A DNA stretch of 64,000 bases, taken from positions 4,836,001 to 4,900,000 of the forward strand of contig CATNEN010000033.1 of the NCBI GenBank assembly GCA_950097015.1. The letters are read 5' to 3'. The notes beneath the pieces were generated by a model. That model was given only the letters and a program-made list of their open reading frames with translations, had not been told where the DNA came from and ran no database searches. This DNA comes from Macrostomum hystrix (Eukaryota > Animalia > Platyhelminthes). Shown in pieces: positions 1 through 10,544 of this stretch. A program made the position numbers and the translations under genes. Positions within the stretch are counted from its first letter, which is position 1. Each line of letters opens with the position of its first letter.

Positions 1-612
1 TTTCTTTCCCAGCAAATAGCTGCGATAGTGACCGACGAAGTGCACAATTGCCAGCAACTCTCGTCTCGTTGTGCAGTAATTTCGTTCTGCCTTGGACAGG
101 ATTCGACTGCCGTACGCCACCACCTGTGTCCTGTCACCACGGCGCTCCTGTAGAACTCCTGAGATAGCCACGCCGGAGGCATCGGTGTCCAGCACAAACT
201 CGGCGTCTTCTGCGAATGTCGGCATGATAAGGACCGGGCTGGATGTCAGGCACTGCTTCAGTTGATTGAATGCCGCTGAGCACTCCGGAGACCAGTTGAA
301 AGCCACATCCTTCTGCGTTAGTTCGTACAATGGCGCAGCAATCTCGCTGTAGTTTTTGACGAACTGACGATAGTAGCCGCACAGTCCCAGAAACTGCCGC
401 ACTTCTGAACGGTCCTCAGGCATTGGCCACTCCTGTACTGCCTTTGCCTTGTCCGGATCAGTTGTCACACCGTCCTTGGAGATTCGAAAGCCAAGAAAAG
501 AGATTTCTTGATAGCACAAGTGGCACTTTGTCGGCTTTAACTTCAGATTTGCGGTTCTAAATTTCTGCAGCACAAGCTGAAGTCTCCGAAGATGCTCCTC
601 GAATCCTTTCGA
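1..612 (-). CDS. pol: Gypsy Pol continuation (RT thumb/connection and RNase H), open to the window edge; not in the ORF track
   Basis: Hand translation: FEEHLRRLQLVLQKFRTANLKLKPTKC...VRQFLGLCGYYRQFV...FVLDTDASGVAISGVLQ...YGSRILSKAERNYCTTRRELLAIVHFV, no stops. Confidence 0.9.
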
Positions 613-2066
613 AATATTACTACGTCATCGAGAAATGATAGACACACTTCCCACCGAAGACCCTTCAGCACAAGTTCCATCAGTCTCGAGAATGTGGCAG
701 GCCCGTTGCAGACTCCTTGAGGCAGCCTCTTGTACTGGAACAATCCCTGTGGCGCAGGAAATGCCGTTTTTTCACGACTCTCCGAGTCCAACATCACCTG
801 AGAGTAGCCGCTGGTGAAATCTAGCGTCGAAAACATCGTGGACCCTGCCAAGGCGTCGATCAGATCGCTGGTGTGAGGCAGTGGATGACTGTCCTTCACG
901 GTCACAGAGTTGAGCAGTCTGAAATCGTTCACGAAACGCAAACTACCGTCCTTCTTCTTCACCAGGATGACTGGGCTCGACCATGGAGAACTCGACGGCT
1001 CTACGATGTCGTCTCGCACCATCTGCTCGACCATCTCCGACACCGCTCGCTGGTTCGGAGGCGATAACCGCCGAGGAGGTACTCTGATGGGCTGGGCCGA
1101 CCCCGTGTCGATTTTGTGGTCTAGCAGTGTAGTGCAGCCCAGGTCGTTCGGACTCTTTGAAAACACATCTCGGTACTGATGCAGCATATCCTTGACACTT
1201 CGGACTTGATTGGCTGTCAGATTGTTCTCATCGATATGCACTTGCGCTACAACATCGGGTCCATGCTCAATTTCTTGGTCGTTCACTGACTCAACATGCA
1301 TTAGCGACTCCGTCTCCATCGGCTCGAAACTCCCCAGCTTGGTTCCGGGGTAAAAAGTATGAGGCTTAGTGTCCGTGTTGACATAGTGCACAGCGATGAG
1401 TCCGCCTCGCATCACAGAGAGGCTGCGCGCTCCACACAGGACATTTGAGATTTCCTTTGAATTGTCGGGCTCAAAGATTCCGCACTCACCATTAACAGCA
1501 GTCGCTGATCCAGTCGCAAGTCTCGCAGGAAACACGATTTCATGACCAGCGGGTACAGTTGTACGGTCCACCACTTCAACGGCGAATGCACCACTCCCTT
1601 GTGCTGAAGATTCCATTTTTACTAGCTGACCGCACACACTGAGCGTTTGCCGATTGCAGTCGATGATGCAGCCACAACTTCTCAGGAAATCTGCACCCAA
1701 CAAAAAATCCTTCGCCAGATCGTTGACGATCAACACCTCCTGCCGAACAGTCGCAACACCGAAACTCAGCTGCACTTCCTGCCAACCACAGGCTGCCAAA
1801 TAGTTGCCGTCTGCTAGCTTCAGATGCACGGGAGTCGCCAACGGCAAGAGTTTCTCATTCAGCTTACGAAACAGGGAACTCGACATCAGCGACTGTGAAC
1901 ACCCAGTGTCAACCAAACAGCTGGCAGGGACACCCATCGGCAGAATGCGGCACTGCACCAGCATGTTGGCGCCGGTGGCTGAGCAGGACACCTCCAGGAC
2001 TGGCTGCGCCGGGATTCTCACTTGCGGAACGGCACCCCGGCGGTCGCCGCTCCATTGAAGTTTCCC
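543..2066 (-). CDS. pol: Gypsy Pol (aspartic protease and reverse transcriptase), entered by -1 frameshift; 1-nt deletion near 612
   Basis: LVDTGCS protease motif, VKKKDGSLRFVNDFRLLN, FSTLDFTSGY, FLDD catalytic motif; frame open from the GGGAAAC heptamer at 2066-2060. Confidence 0.92.
   Translation of the reverse strand, partial: GKLQWSGDRRGAVPQVRIPAQPVLEVSCSATGANMLVQCRILPMGVPASCLVDTGCSQSLMSSSLFRKLNEKLLPLATPVHLKLADGNYLAACGWQEVQLSFGVATVRQEVLIVNDLAKDFLLGADFLRSCGCIIDCNRQTLSVCGQLVKMESSAQGSGAFAVEVVDRTTVPAGHEIVFPARLATGSATAVNGECGIFEPDNSKEISNVLCGARSLSVMRGGLIAVHYVNTDTKPHTFYPGTKLGSFEPMETESLMHVESVNDQEIEHGPDVVAQVHIDENNLTANQVRSVKDMLHQYRDVFSKSPNDLGCTTLLDHKIDTGSAQPIRVPPRRLSPPNQRAVSEMVEQMVRDDIVEPSSSPWSSPVILVKKKDGSLRFVNDFRLLNSVTVKDSHPLPHTSDLIDALAGSTMFSTLDFTSGYSQVMLDSESREKTAFPAPQGLFQYKRLPQGVCNGPATFSRLMELVLKGLRWEVCLSFLDDVVIFRKDSRSIFGDFSLCCRNLEPQI
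2008..2066 (-). promoter_or_regulatory. Programmed -1 ribosomal frameshift signal (G GGA AAC heptamer plus predicted H-type pseudoknot)
   Basis: Heptamer in gag frame, 6-nt spacer, stem 1 GGAGCGGC/GCCGUUCC, stem 2 GCCGGG/CCCGGC. Confidence 0.8.
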
Positions 2067-2860
2067 GACTTCTGAGAGCAGAATCTTTGAACGTGGCCCG
2101 GCTTACCGCACCTCCAGCACGTCACGACTCCACGTCTGTCGCCGCTTCCACGACGATCTTGCTCTTTCGACTCCAGACGGCTGAGCTTGTTCGACAGCTC
2201 CTGCAGAGACCGCTGAATTCCAACAGCAAAAGCCTCGGGGGCCTCAGCAGCCAGTGCAATGGCGGCGCCTCCTTGTGACTGCACTGATTCGACGAACTTC
2301 GCTGTTTCCACCGTCTCAGTGAACGTCGCTTTCGGCTGCATCTGCGTCTGCATCCGCACAGCTGGGTTTCTCAATCCAGAAAGAAACCGACCTTTGAGCA
2401 GCTCATCCTTCGCTGTCACTTCCGTCATCCTGCGCTCATCAGTCGCAGGCTCCTCTAGACTTGGAAAAGCGCGCTTCACCGCGATGACCAGGGCATCGGA
2501 GTACTCTGCAACCGACTGCCCGTCCTTCTGAGTAAGGCTGAAGAACTGGGCTTGCAGCTCAGCAGAGGATGCAGATGGCCGGAAACGACTGAGCAAAGCC
2601 TTTTCAAAATCGCTGTAGGAGTGGGCAGCTGCCAGATTGCTGGCCGCTTGGTACGCTTTGTCATCGAGGAATGTCAGTAGAGCATTTTTGCGCTGATCCT
2701 CCGGAAAGGACGATGCAAAGTTGTTGAAACGCGCCAGCCAGAGCTCAAAATCTTGCCCATACTGGTATTGGGGCGGTCGCAGAAACATGTTGACAAAACT
2801 GGCTTGCGCTACAGCCACTGCAGGGCTCTCTGCACTAGCACTGCTCTCACTTTTTTTCAT
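2018..2860 (-). CDS. gag: Gypsy Gag with C-terminal zinc knuckle
   Basis: CWRCGKPGHVQRFC (CX2CX4HX4C); ATG at 2860 just downstream of the PBS; overlaps pol in the -1 frame. Confidence 0.92.
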   Translation of the reverse strand: MKKSESSASAESPAVAVAQASFVNMFLRPPQYQYGQDFELWLARFNNFASSFPEDQRKNALLTFLDDKAYQAASNLAAAHSYSDFEKALLSRFRPSASSAELQAQFFSLTQKDGQSVAEYSDALVIAVKRAFPSLEEPATDERRMTEVTAKDELLKGRFLSGLRNPAVRMQTQMQPKATFTETVETAKFVESVQSQGGAAIALAAEAPEAFAVGIQRSLQELSNKLSRLESKEQDRRGSGDRRGVVTCWRCGKPGHVQRFCSQKSGNFNGAATAGVPFRK

Positions 2861-2867
2861 AGCCACA

Positions 2868-2878
2868 CGCTGCCACCA
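2868..2878 (-). promoter_or_regulatory. Primer-binding site, tRNA-Leu type
   Basis: TGGTGGCAGCG, 1 nt after the LTR end; complementary to the ...CGCUGCCACCA 3' end typical of eukaryotic tRNA-Leu. Confidence 0.75.
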
Positions 2879-2879
2879 A

Positions 2880-3032
2880 TGTAAGCCGCCGAAAACGAGA
2901 TTGTAGCGTAGACCAAATTCTCGCCACTTTAAGGCGTCAACTCACTCGCTTATATTTTGACGATTAATGTACATCATTGTACAGCATGCAAACGTACATA
3001 GCGCGTGCAAACATGTTGCCAACAATCTTACA
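2880..3032 (-). repeat. 5' LTR (about 153 bp) of the Gypsy element
   Basis: 6-bp inverted termini TGTAAG (2880-2885) and CTTACA (3027-3032), internal TATAA on the minus strand, PBS adjacent; partner LTR not in window. Confidence 0.75.
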
Positions 3033-3033
3033 C

Positions 3034-3139
3034 ATTATTGTCACCCCGTCATATTATTGTCACCCCGTCACAATATTGTCACCCCGTCACAATATTGTCA
3101 CCCCGTCACAATATTGTCACCCCGTCACAATATTGTCAC
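3034..3139. repeat. 19-bp minisatellite (ATTGTCACCCCGTCACAAT), about 5.5 copies
   Basis: Direct tandem copies abutting the LTR. Confidence 0.95.
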
Positions 3140-3386
3140 TCCACCACATTATAGAGATTATTAAGACCTGTTCTCTGTTAAGCGAAGTGAAAAGATGGAG
3201 CAAGAAGCGCAAAGGTTTATAAGTTCAAGGCATTTTTTCGGCACCATTCCGAAATTCTGGAAAATGTTATCCAGATTTTTTTAATCGTTTATTTTTCGAT
3301 GGGAATTTTTACACCCTGAAAAAAAAGTTGTTGGTTGAGGACGAAAAACGATCGTAAAAAGTTACCGAACAATTCAATGGCTCGTG

Positions 3387-3791
3387 TCAGGCAGAAGAAG
3401 CAGGTAAATGACTGGGCAGTTTGTCGACCAAGAACTCAACATAGCACTCCTCCTTGTCTGGCTCTGAGATCACAACAGGGTTCTGGTCGGGCAGTATCGC
3501 GCACTTTGGCTCCACGAAGATCGCGAAGCTCTTTTTGGACTTCACCGAGCCGCTGCCGCTGGAGTCGCTGGCCGAAGCCTGGAAGTGTAGCAGCCGGTTG
3601 CCGGAGTTGCCGCCAGCAGCCGGCTGCCAAGAGCACTTCAAGTCGCTGAGCTTGTAGCCGTGGTCCATGCCTAGCCGGATCCTGTAGCGACTCGGGCTGC
3701 CATGCACTCCTTCGTGGGACACGCGGACACTGTTTTCGAAGTGGAACTTTATCAACAGGTTCTGGTCCGAGTTGGCGGTCTTCATTCGCAT
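3387..3791 (-). CDS. 134-aa single-exon protein, possibly a divergent small heat-shock (alpha-crystallin domain) protein
   Basis: ATG-to-stop non-repetitive GC-rich ORF; AATAAA at 3293-3288 about 95 nt after the stop; alternating beta-strand pattern YRIRLGM / DLKCSW / LLHFQAS / KSFAIFV / CYVEFLV. Confidence 0.45.
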   Translation of the reverse strand: MRMKTANSDQNLLIKFHFENSVRVSHEGVHGSPSRYRIRLGMDHGYKLSDLKCSWQPAAGGNSGNRLLHFQASASDSSGSGSVKSKKSFAIFVEPKCAILPDQNPVVISEPDKEECYVEFLVDKLPSHLPASSA

Positions 3792-4246
3792 TCAACGGTG
3801 CTCCGGGCCTCAGCACTGCTCATCCACTTTGCCGCTGCTGATTGCTAACTCAATAGCAACAAAAGCACTTCTCATATGTCCGAGTTTGCCCCTCACAGCT
3901 AAGGCTGCGTCCGTCCTGCTGTCTATGGCAAAAGGCGATGACTGAAGCACCTGCTACGCACTGTTTGTCTATGGCCCGTGCATCAATGCCGTGCAGCAAT
4001 AGCATTATTGTACGGATAAGTTTGAACTTTAGAACTCTACGCCGGCGCAGAGCGTTCACACGTCGTGATGTCAGCTTGAATGGCGTCGATGAAGTCATTC
4101 AGTCGCTCTAATGAGCTTCATGTACATCTCTATTTCGGCGCCAGTAAGTCCGCTAATCATTCCGCCTGGTTACGCGTCCCAATGAAGAAGCCTGGTCGTA
4201 GTCACTTCAAAGCACGTCAGTCAACTGAGAAGACCCTTCTAATTCC

Positions 4247-5620
4247 TTAGCTCTCAGTTCAGGGTGGATTAGCTCTCAGTTCAGGGTGGATTAGCTCTCA
4301 GTTCAGGGTGGATTAGCTCTCAGTTCAGGGTGGATCAGTTCTCAGTTCAGGGTGGATTAGCTCTCAGTTCAGGGTAGATTAGCTCTCAGTTCAGGGTGGA
4401 TTAGTTCTCAGTTCAGGGTGGATTAGCTCTCAGTTCAGGGTGGATGGATTAGCTCTCAGTTCAGGGTGGATTAGCTCTCAGTTCAGATGAGATTAGCTCT
4501 CAGTTCAGGGTGGATTAGCTCTCAGTTCAGGGTGGATTAGCTCTCAGTTCAGGGTGGATTAGCTCTCAGTTCAGATGAGATTAGCTCTCAGTTCAGGGTG
4601 GATTAGCTCTCAGTTCAGGGTGGATTAGCTCTCAGTTCAGGGTGGATTAGCTCTCAGTTCAGGGTGGATTAGCTCTCAGTTCAGGGTAGATTAGCTCTCA
4701 GTTCAGGGTGGATTAGCTATCAGTTCAGGGTGGATTAGCTCTCAGTTCAGGGTGGATTAGCTCTCAGTTCAGGGTGGATTAGCTCTCAGTTCAGATGAGA
4801 TTAGCTCTCAGTTCAGGGTGGATTAGCTCTCAGTTCAGGGTGGATTAGCTCTCAGTTCAGGGTGGATTAGCTCTCAGTTCAGGGTGGATTAGCTCTCAGT
4901 TCAGGGTAGATTAGCTTTCAGTTCAGGGTGGATTAGCTATCAGTTCAGGGTGGATTAGCTCTCAGTTCAGGGTGGATTAGCTCTCAGTTCAGGGTGGATT
5001 AGCTCTCAGTTCAGGGTGGATTAGCTCTCAGTTCAGGGTGGATTAGCTCTCAGTTCAGGGTAGATTAGCTTTCAGTTCAGGGTGGATTAGCTATCAGTTC
5101 AGGGTGGATTAGCTCTCAGTTCAGGGTGGATTAGCTCTCAGTTCAGGGTGGATTAGCTCTCAGTTCAGGGTGGATTAGCTCTCAGTTCAGGGTGGATTAG
5201 CTCTCAGTTCAGGGTAGATTAGCTCTCAGTTCAGGGTGGATTAGCTCTCAGTTCAGGGTGGATTAGCTCTCAGTTCAGGGTGGATTAGCTCTCAGTTCAG
5301 GGTGGATTAGCTCTCAGTTCAGGGTGGATTAGCTCTCAGTTCAGGGTGGATTAGCTCTCAGTTCAGGGTGGATCAGTTCTCAGTTCAGGGTGGATTAGCT
5401 CTCAGTTCAGGGTGGATTAGCTCTCAGTTCAGGGTGGATTAGCTCTCAGTTCAGGGTGGATTAGCTCTCAGTTCAGGGTAGATTAGCTCTCAGTTCAGGG
5501 TGGATTAGCTATCAGTTCAGGGTAGATTAGCTCTCAGTTCAGGGTGGATTAGCTCTCAGTTCAGGGTGGATTAGCTCTCAGTTCAGGGTGGATTAGCTCT
5601 CAGTTCAGGGTGGATTAGCT
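4247..5620. repeat. 22-bp minisatellite (TTAGCTCTCAGTTCAGGGTGGA), about 62 copies
   Basis: Period 22 with a few variant units. Confidence 0.97.
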
Positions 5621-7634
5621 TAATTAATATAGAGCTGGTTCTGAGTTAATACTTCATGCTAATTCTTTAAAAGCATTTTTTACCAGACATTCTGCTTTAA
5701 TTAGCTGGAGTTAAAAGGTCGATTCATTTGTATGATTTTTTCAAAAATTTTCAATAAGTGTTAGCCCACTCAAGCTGACCAGGTTGCGCAAGTGTTGTGC
5801 AAGACAGCAAAGCAAGACTCGGTCTCGAGTCAATCTACTGTTTGTGGCTGCATTTCTTGGTGGAATTTTTGCCACTAACAAGCGCGTGTCGAGTTTCCCG
5901 AAATTCCCATAGCACCCGTGGGCCGTTGCTTTTTATATCAGTTTCCAGAAATTGTGTCAGATTCCATGCAGTCTGAGGGACATGCTCTGGTATCCAAAGT
6001 CAGTCTGGAGTCTAACGTTACAGTGGGGCCGAACAATTAGCATTATTATCCCAGCTTTGTTTGCATAGCCCAGATCCCGTCTGCCCAAGGTGCGCAGGTC
6101 TTGTTCAATCCGAAACAAAAGAAGCATTTTGTCTGTCTGGTCAGGCGTTCGGTTACATTTCAAAATTGTTGAATGCAGACTGGCAGTCACTGCAGCTGTA
6201 GCACTGGCTTGTCACTGCTGTATCAGACTGTCTCTCTGGCTAATCTCCTGTGTAACAATTTAACAATTCTCTTTCACCTGACTTCAGTTTCTCCCCGGAC
6301 TTGCTGCACACTTGTTTATTCCTATCCCTCTCCTCTCTAAAGATTTTGACTGGAAAGTTTTACGCGACAAAAAGTTATACATTTTCTGTGTTTTTTATCA
6401 GCCTTTGTTTACGATCTAAAGCTCAGCTATGACGCAAGCCGCAGTTTGCGCGAATTTCAGAGTGTCGCAGATCCGCAAACAGAGCTTTCTGTTTGATTGC
6501 TTTCGCTCGCAGACCCCGAGTTGATGAATTGCGAAATAAGTCAAGCCAACTGGAGACTGGGGGTCGAAGGAGAGCGACTGGAGATAGGGGCGTGTCTCAG
6601 CCCACTGCTGCAAGCTGCTTCAAACAATGAGACTTGAAAGCCAAGCAGGACAGGTTCATAAGGCGAGGAGGCGACAGCGCGAAGGACCACTTCAAACTCC
6701 GCTTCACACTTTCTCTCTCCACTCTCAAGAGTCTTTGTTGCACCTCCAGTTCTCATCGATGCCCAACTGGATTCCACACCAGCTCAGCTGTGAATTTTTG
6801 TTGCCATGCGGAATGCAAACAACGATAATCAAGAAATATGAAGTGTTTGGCAATAAAACACGAGATAGGGAGAAGCGTGTGCCTTACTCTGGATGCAACA
6901 GTTTGACTTTGCTCACAGAAATTTGAGGAGATAAGGAAAGCCGGGAAAAAATGGAGCAAAAAAACTCTGTTGCCATACGAATTCTGGCCTCTAAATCGGA
7001 ATTTGATGGTTTATCATTTTCCCTTTCTGAGAATAATTCAATAATAATATAATAATGCATAGTCATATCACAATGACATTTACTATCTTAAAACTGCAAT
7101 CAAAAGGTTTTCCCATTCACAGTCACCCTCATATACTACCTCGTATTATACTTTTACTCACCACACAAGGTCTCACTGTTACGCTGCTGATGTTACGACC
7201 GATTTGTTTTTAACTTTCTTTGCTGTTCAAAGGAGTTATAGTCATCAAAAGGAATGCACAACTGCTCGTTCTGGCATCGTTTGATGGCAGTAGGACAAGC
7301 ATTTTGATGTGCCTCTGCTCCAGAATTCAGAAAATTAGTCTCATTTAATCGAAACTCGCCTTGAATTTCCTAATTCTGCTTTCAATCAACTTCGGCTGCT
7401 GCAGGCCAGTAGAATTCGTCAAACAAAAACCTGACACTTCCCGAGTTTCACAAAAAACTGAACCAAAAACAGACCAGTAGGCGATGTTCAATTCAATTTT
7501 CTGTTTGCAAGCATGGGTATTTTCATTCACTGTGTATTTGGTTTATAACATTACAGTGGCGTACAATAAGTCAGTACTAGTGCATGTTCGCCATACTTCG
7601 GCTTTGACTTTGTTCAGCTGACTTCAACAATCAG

Positions 7635-7852
7635 CTATGTGCTCCGAGTCTTTTTGCTTTGTTGTTGTTGTGCTCCGAGTCTTTGTGCTTTGTTGCTGTT
7701 GTGATCCGAGTCTTTGTGCTTTGTTGCTGTTGTGATCCGAGTCGTTCTAACTAAACTGCCGGACTTGCCAGTCGGATCAGGCAGTTTGAACTGCTTGCTC
7801 GGCCCATCAGCCGGGCTGCAACCGCTGGGTCGCTTCCGCTGAGGAAGTAGGT
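7635..7852 (-). CDS. Protocadherin, probable last coding exon (exon 6); 3' end uncertain
   Basis: Strong acceptor CCTCTCCCTTCTGCAG at 7853; phase 1 matches exon 5 donor; reads DLLPQRKRPSGCSP... Confidence 0.55.
7639..7743. repeat. 31-bp tandem repeat, about 3.4 copies
   Basis: TGTGATCCGAGTCTTTGTGCTTTGTTGCTGT units. Confidence 0.85.
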
Positions 7853-7920
7853 CTGCAGAAGGGAGAGGATCGAGTTGTTGGTATGAAGCAATTGTGCTTC
7901 CTCTTCTCATTTGTACTTAT

Positions 7921-8189
7921 CCGCTCATCCACTGCCCTTTCCTGATCATCATCCGCCCCTACCGCTCATCCTCCGCCCCTACCGCTCATCATCCGCCCCT
8001 ACCGCTCATCATCCGCCCCTACTGCTCATCCTTCATCCCTACCGCTCATCCTCGGCCCCTACCGCTCATCATCCGCCCCTACCGCTCATCCTCCGCCCCT
8101 ACTGCTCATCCTTCATCCCTACCGCTCATCCTCCGCCCCTACCGCTCATCATCCGCCCCTACCGCTCATCATCCGCCCCTACCGCTCAC
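7921..8189. repeat. 20-bp minisatellite (ACCGCTCATCATCCGCCCCT), about 13 copies
   Basis: Period 20. Confidence 0.95.
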
Positions 8190-8294
8190 CCTCTGTCCCT
8201 TTCTGCTATACCCGGCCCTTTCCCCGCTTGTCCTGAACAATTTTGCCTTTCTCCTGTCTTTTGCTACCTGGCGAGCTGCTCTATTCCGACTCAC

Positions 8295-8566
8295 CGGAGA
8301 TTCTCGTCTGCACCAGCTCTCCAACTTCGGCCCTGTCTGGCTGCTTCATCGGCTTCTGCGGCAGTTGTCTGGCTGAATAGAATGCTGGCACCTCAGTGGC
8401 GGGCACCAGCCTGCATCTCTGGCTGACTTGCCGACTGTGTCCGCTCGAACTGCGAATTCCATAGCGGTTCTGGACTCGACGGCTGTCCAGCTGGATTGCC
8501 GCGGACAGCGCCAGACGGGCTCGATGAGCCGCTTGCGAAGGGCCACCGATGCTTCTGCTGTCGCTC
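8295..8566 (-). CDS. Protocadherin exon 5 (cytoplasmic tail)
   Basis: Acceptor TTTTGCTGCAG at 8567, donor GTGAGT at 8294; one frame open across the exon with phases 2 and 1. Confidence 0.6.
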
Positions 8567-8979
8567 CTGCAGCAAAAGCTAATAAGCACTGCTCGCTTCG
8601 GCTCCACGTTATGGCCTTTCATAATATCTAATTTTAGTATTCCTGAGTTACTGCTGAAGGCACGCGGCCGATCTATCAGCTAGTCTTGAATTTAGAATCC
8701 TGTATAAAATCTCTTGCCTCCTGACTGCACTCTGCTTTATTGGCGAAAATTCTCAGCGCAACCCGGGCTGTACTGAAGTCCGCTCGAACCCTATTGGCTC
8801 TGATGAGACCTTCATCGTAGAAGCAGTCAATTTTGTTCCGTTTTCGTTCGAAAACTGTTTATATTCTACTACTACTAATTGTGAGAAGTAGTACCATATG
8901 GCTCTTGTGAGATTCTAACTAACGACAGAAAACACGATCGCAGACTCCACCTAAATTCTCCCCCCACAGCTCACACCTC

Positions 8980-9793
8980 TCCTATCCCATTCTCTCCCAT
9001 CCTATTCCCTCCCATCCCATTCTCTCCCATCCCATTCTCTCCCATCCCATTCTCTCCCATCCCATTTTCTCCCATCCCATTCTCTCCCATCCCATTCCCT
9101 CCCATCCCATTCCCTCCCATCCCATTCCCTCCCATCTCATTCTCTCCCATCCCATTCTCTCCCATCCCATTCTCTCCCATCTTATTCTCTCCCATCCCAT
9201 TCCCTCCCATCCCATTCTTCCCATCTCATTCTCTCCCATCCCATTCCCTCCCATCCCATTCTCTCCCATCTCATTCTCTCCCATCCCATTTCCTCCCATC
9301 CCATTCTTCCCATCCCATTCTCTCCCATCTCATTCTCTCCCATCCCATTCCCTCCCATCCCATTCCCTCCCATCCCATTCTCTCCCATCCCATTCTCTCC
9401 CATCTCATTCTCTCCCATCCCATTCCCTCCCATCCCATTCCCTCCCATCCCATTCTCTCCCATCCCATTCTCTCCCATCTCATTCTCTCCCATCCCATTT
9501 CCTCCCATCCCATTCTTCCCATCCCATTCTCTCCCATCTCATTCTCTCCCATCCCATTCCCTCCCATCCCATTCCCTCCCATCCCATTCTCTCCCATCCC
9601 ATTCTCTCCCATCTCATTCTCTCCCATCCCATTCCCTCCCATCCCATTCCCTCCCATCCCATTCCCTCCCATCCCATTCCCTCCCATCCCATTCTCTCCC
9701 ATCCCATTCTCTCCCATCTCATTCTCTCCCATCCCATTCTCTCCCATCCCATTCTCTCACATCGCATTCTCTCCCATCCCATTCCCTCCCATT
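8980..9793. repeat. Degenerate CCCAT/CTCT 5-15-bp pyrimidine-rich repeat
   Basis: CCCATCCCATTCTCT-type units. Confidence 0.95.
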
Positions 9794-10305
9794 CACAAAA
9801 TACAAACTCATCAAGGATTATGGGATTTAAAAGTGACTAAATTTGCGTAATCCTGCGAAACAAAAAATACAACAAATGACGAAGTATTTTATTTTCAATT
9901 GATAATGGTATAATTTCATGGGCTCGAAACAATTTAGTATTGATTAGGAACAAGCATTGTCTGCGGGAAAGCTGAATTAATGTCAGCAGTTACAATATAA
10001 TATTGCAGTCATGTGTGCCAATAATTTTTACAGAACGAAGACTAAATTTACACAGAAGAAGCAAAGACACAAATGCTCTTTACTTAACTTTGCATCTTCT
10101 TACAATTTTCTGCGCAGAAAACTACCTCGTAATAAATTTCAGCTCGGAATCAATCTTTAACCGCACTGGTGTACTAAAATAAACGTTGCTAACATCCGTT
10201 TTTAGGCTGCGAAATTCTCAGCTGCCTACTGAATGTATTTAGTAGTGCAATGCGCAAGTTGCCAGTCGTTGCTGCTTGCTTTTGACAGCACTGTTCATGG
10301 CTCAC

Positions 10306-10531
10306 ACCTGCAGGCCAGAGTTGGCTGTCACCTGGCCGCCGGACCTGATCGTTGGGCCGCCTGTGGCCCGCTGAGCCGCCCGCTGCCTGTCCAGTGTGAA
10401 GGTTGACACAAGACTATGAGCCGGCTGCTGCTGCTGCTGCTGCTGCTGAAGCCTCGGGCTGATGGTCATGCTGCGGTAGTCACTGCTGGCCTGAGTTGGC
10501 TGCGGCAACCGACTGCCGTGTTGAAATTGCC
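10306..10531 (-). CDS. Protocadherin exon 4 (cytoplasmic tail, polyQ)
   Basis: Acceptor TACTCCCTCAG at 10532 in phase 1 matches exon 3; donor GTGAGC at 10305 (alternative GT at 10307). Confidence 0.65.
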
Positions 10532-10544
10532 CTGAGGGAGTATT

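Larger units (their letters stand above)
1..3032 (-). mobile_element. Ty3/Gypsy LTR retrotransposon, 5' part (LTR-PBS-gag-pol); integrase and 3' LTR lie beyond the left edge
   Basis: LTR with TGTAAG...CTTACA termini, PBS, gag with CCHC knuckle, then protease, RT and RNase H motifs in Gypsy order. Confidence 0.95.

Noticed and set aside
4247-5620. Telomere-like array (TTAG and AGGG within the unit)
   Set aside because: No contiguous TTAGGG; ordinary 22-bp minisatellite
8800-8853. CTGATGAG...CGAAA, possible hammerhead ribozyme core
   Set aside because: I could not form stem II directly before GAAA, nor stems I and III with a cleavage triplet
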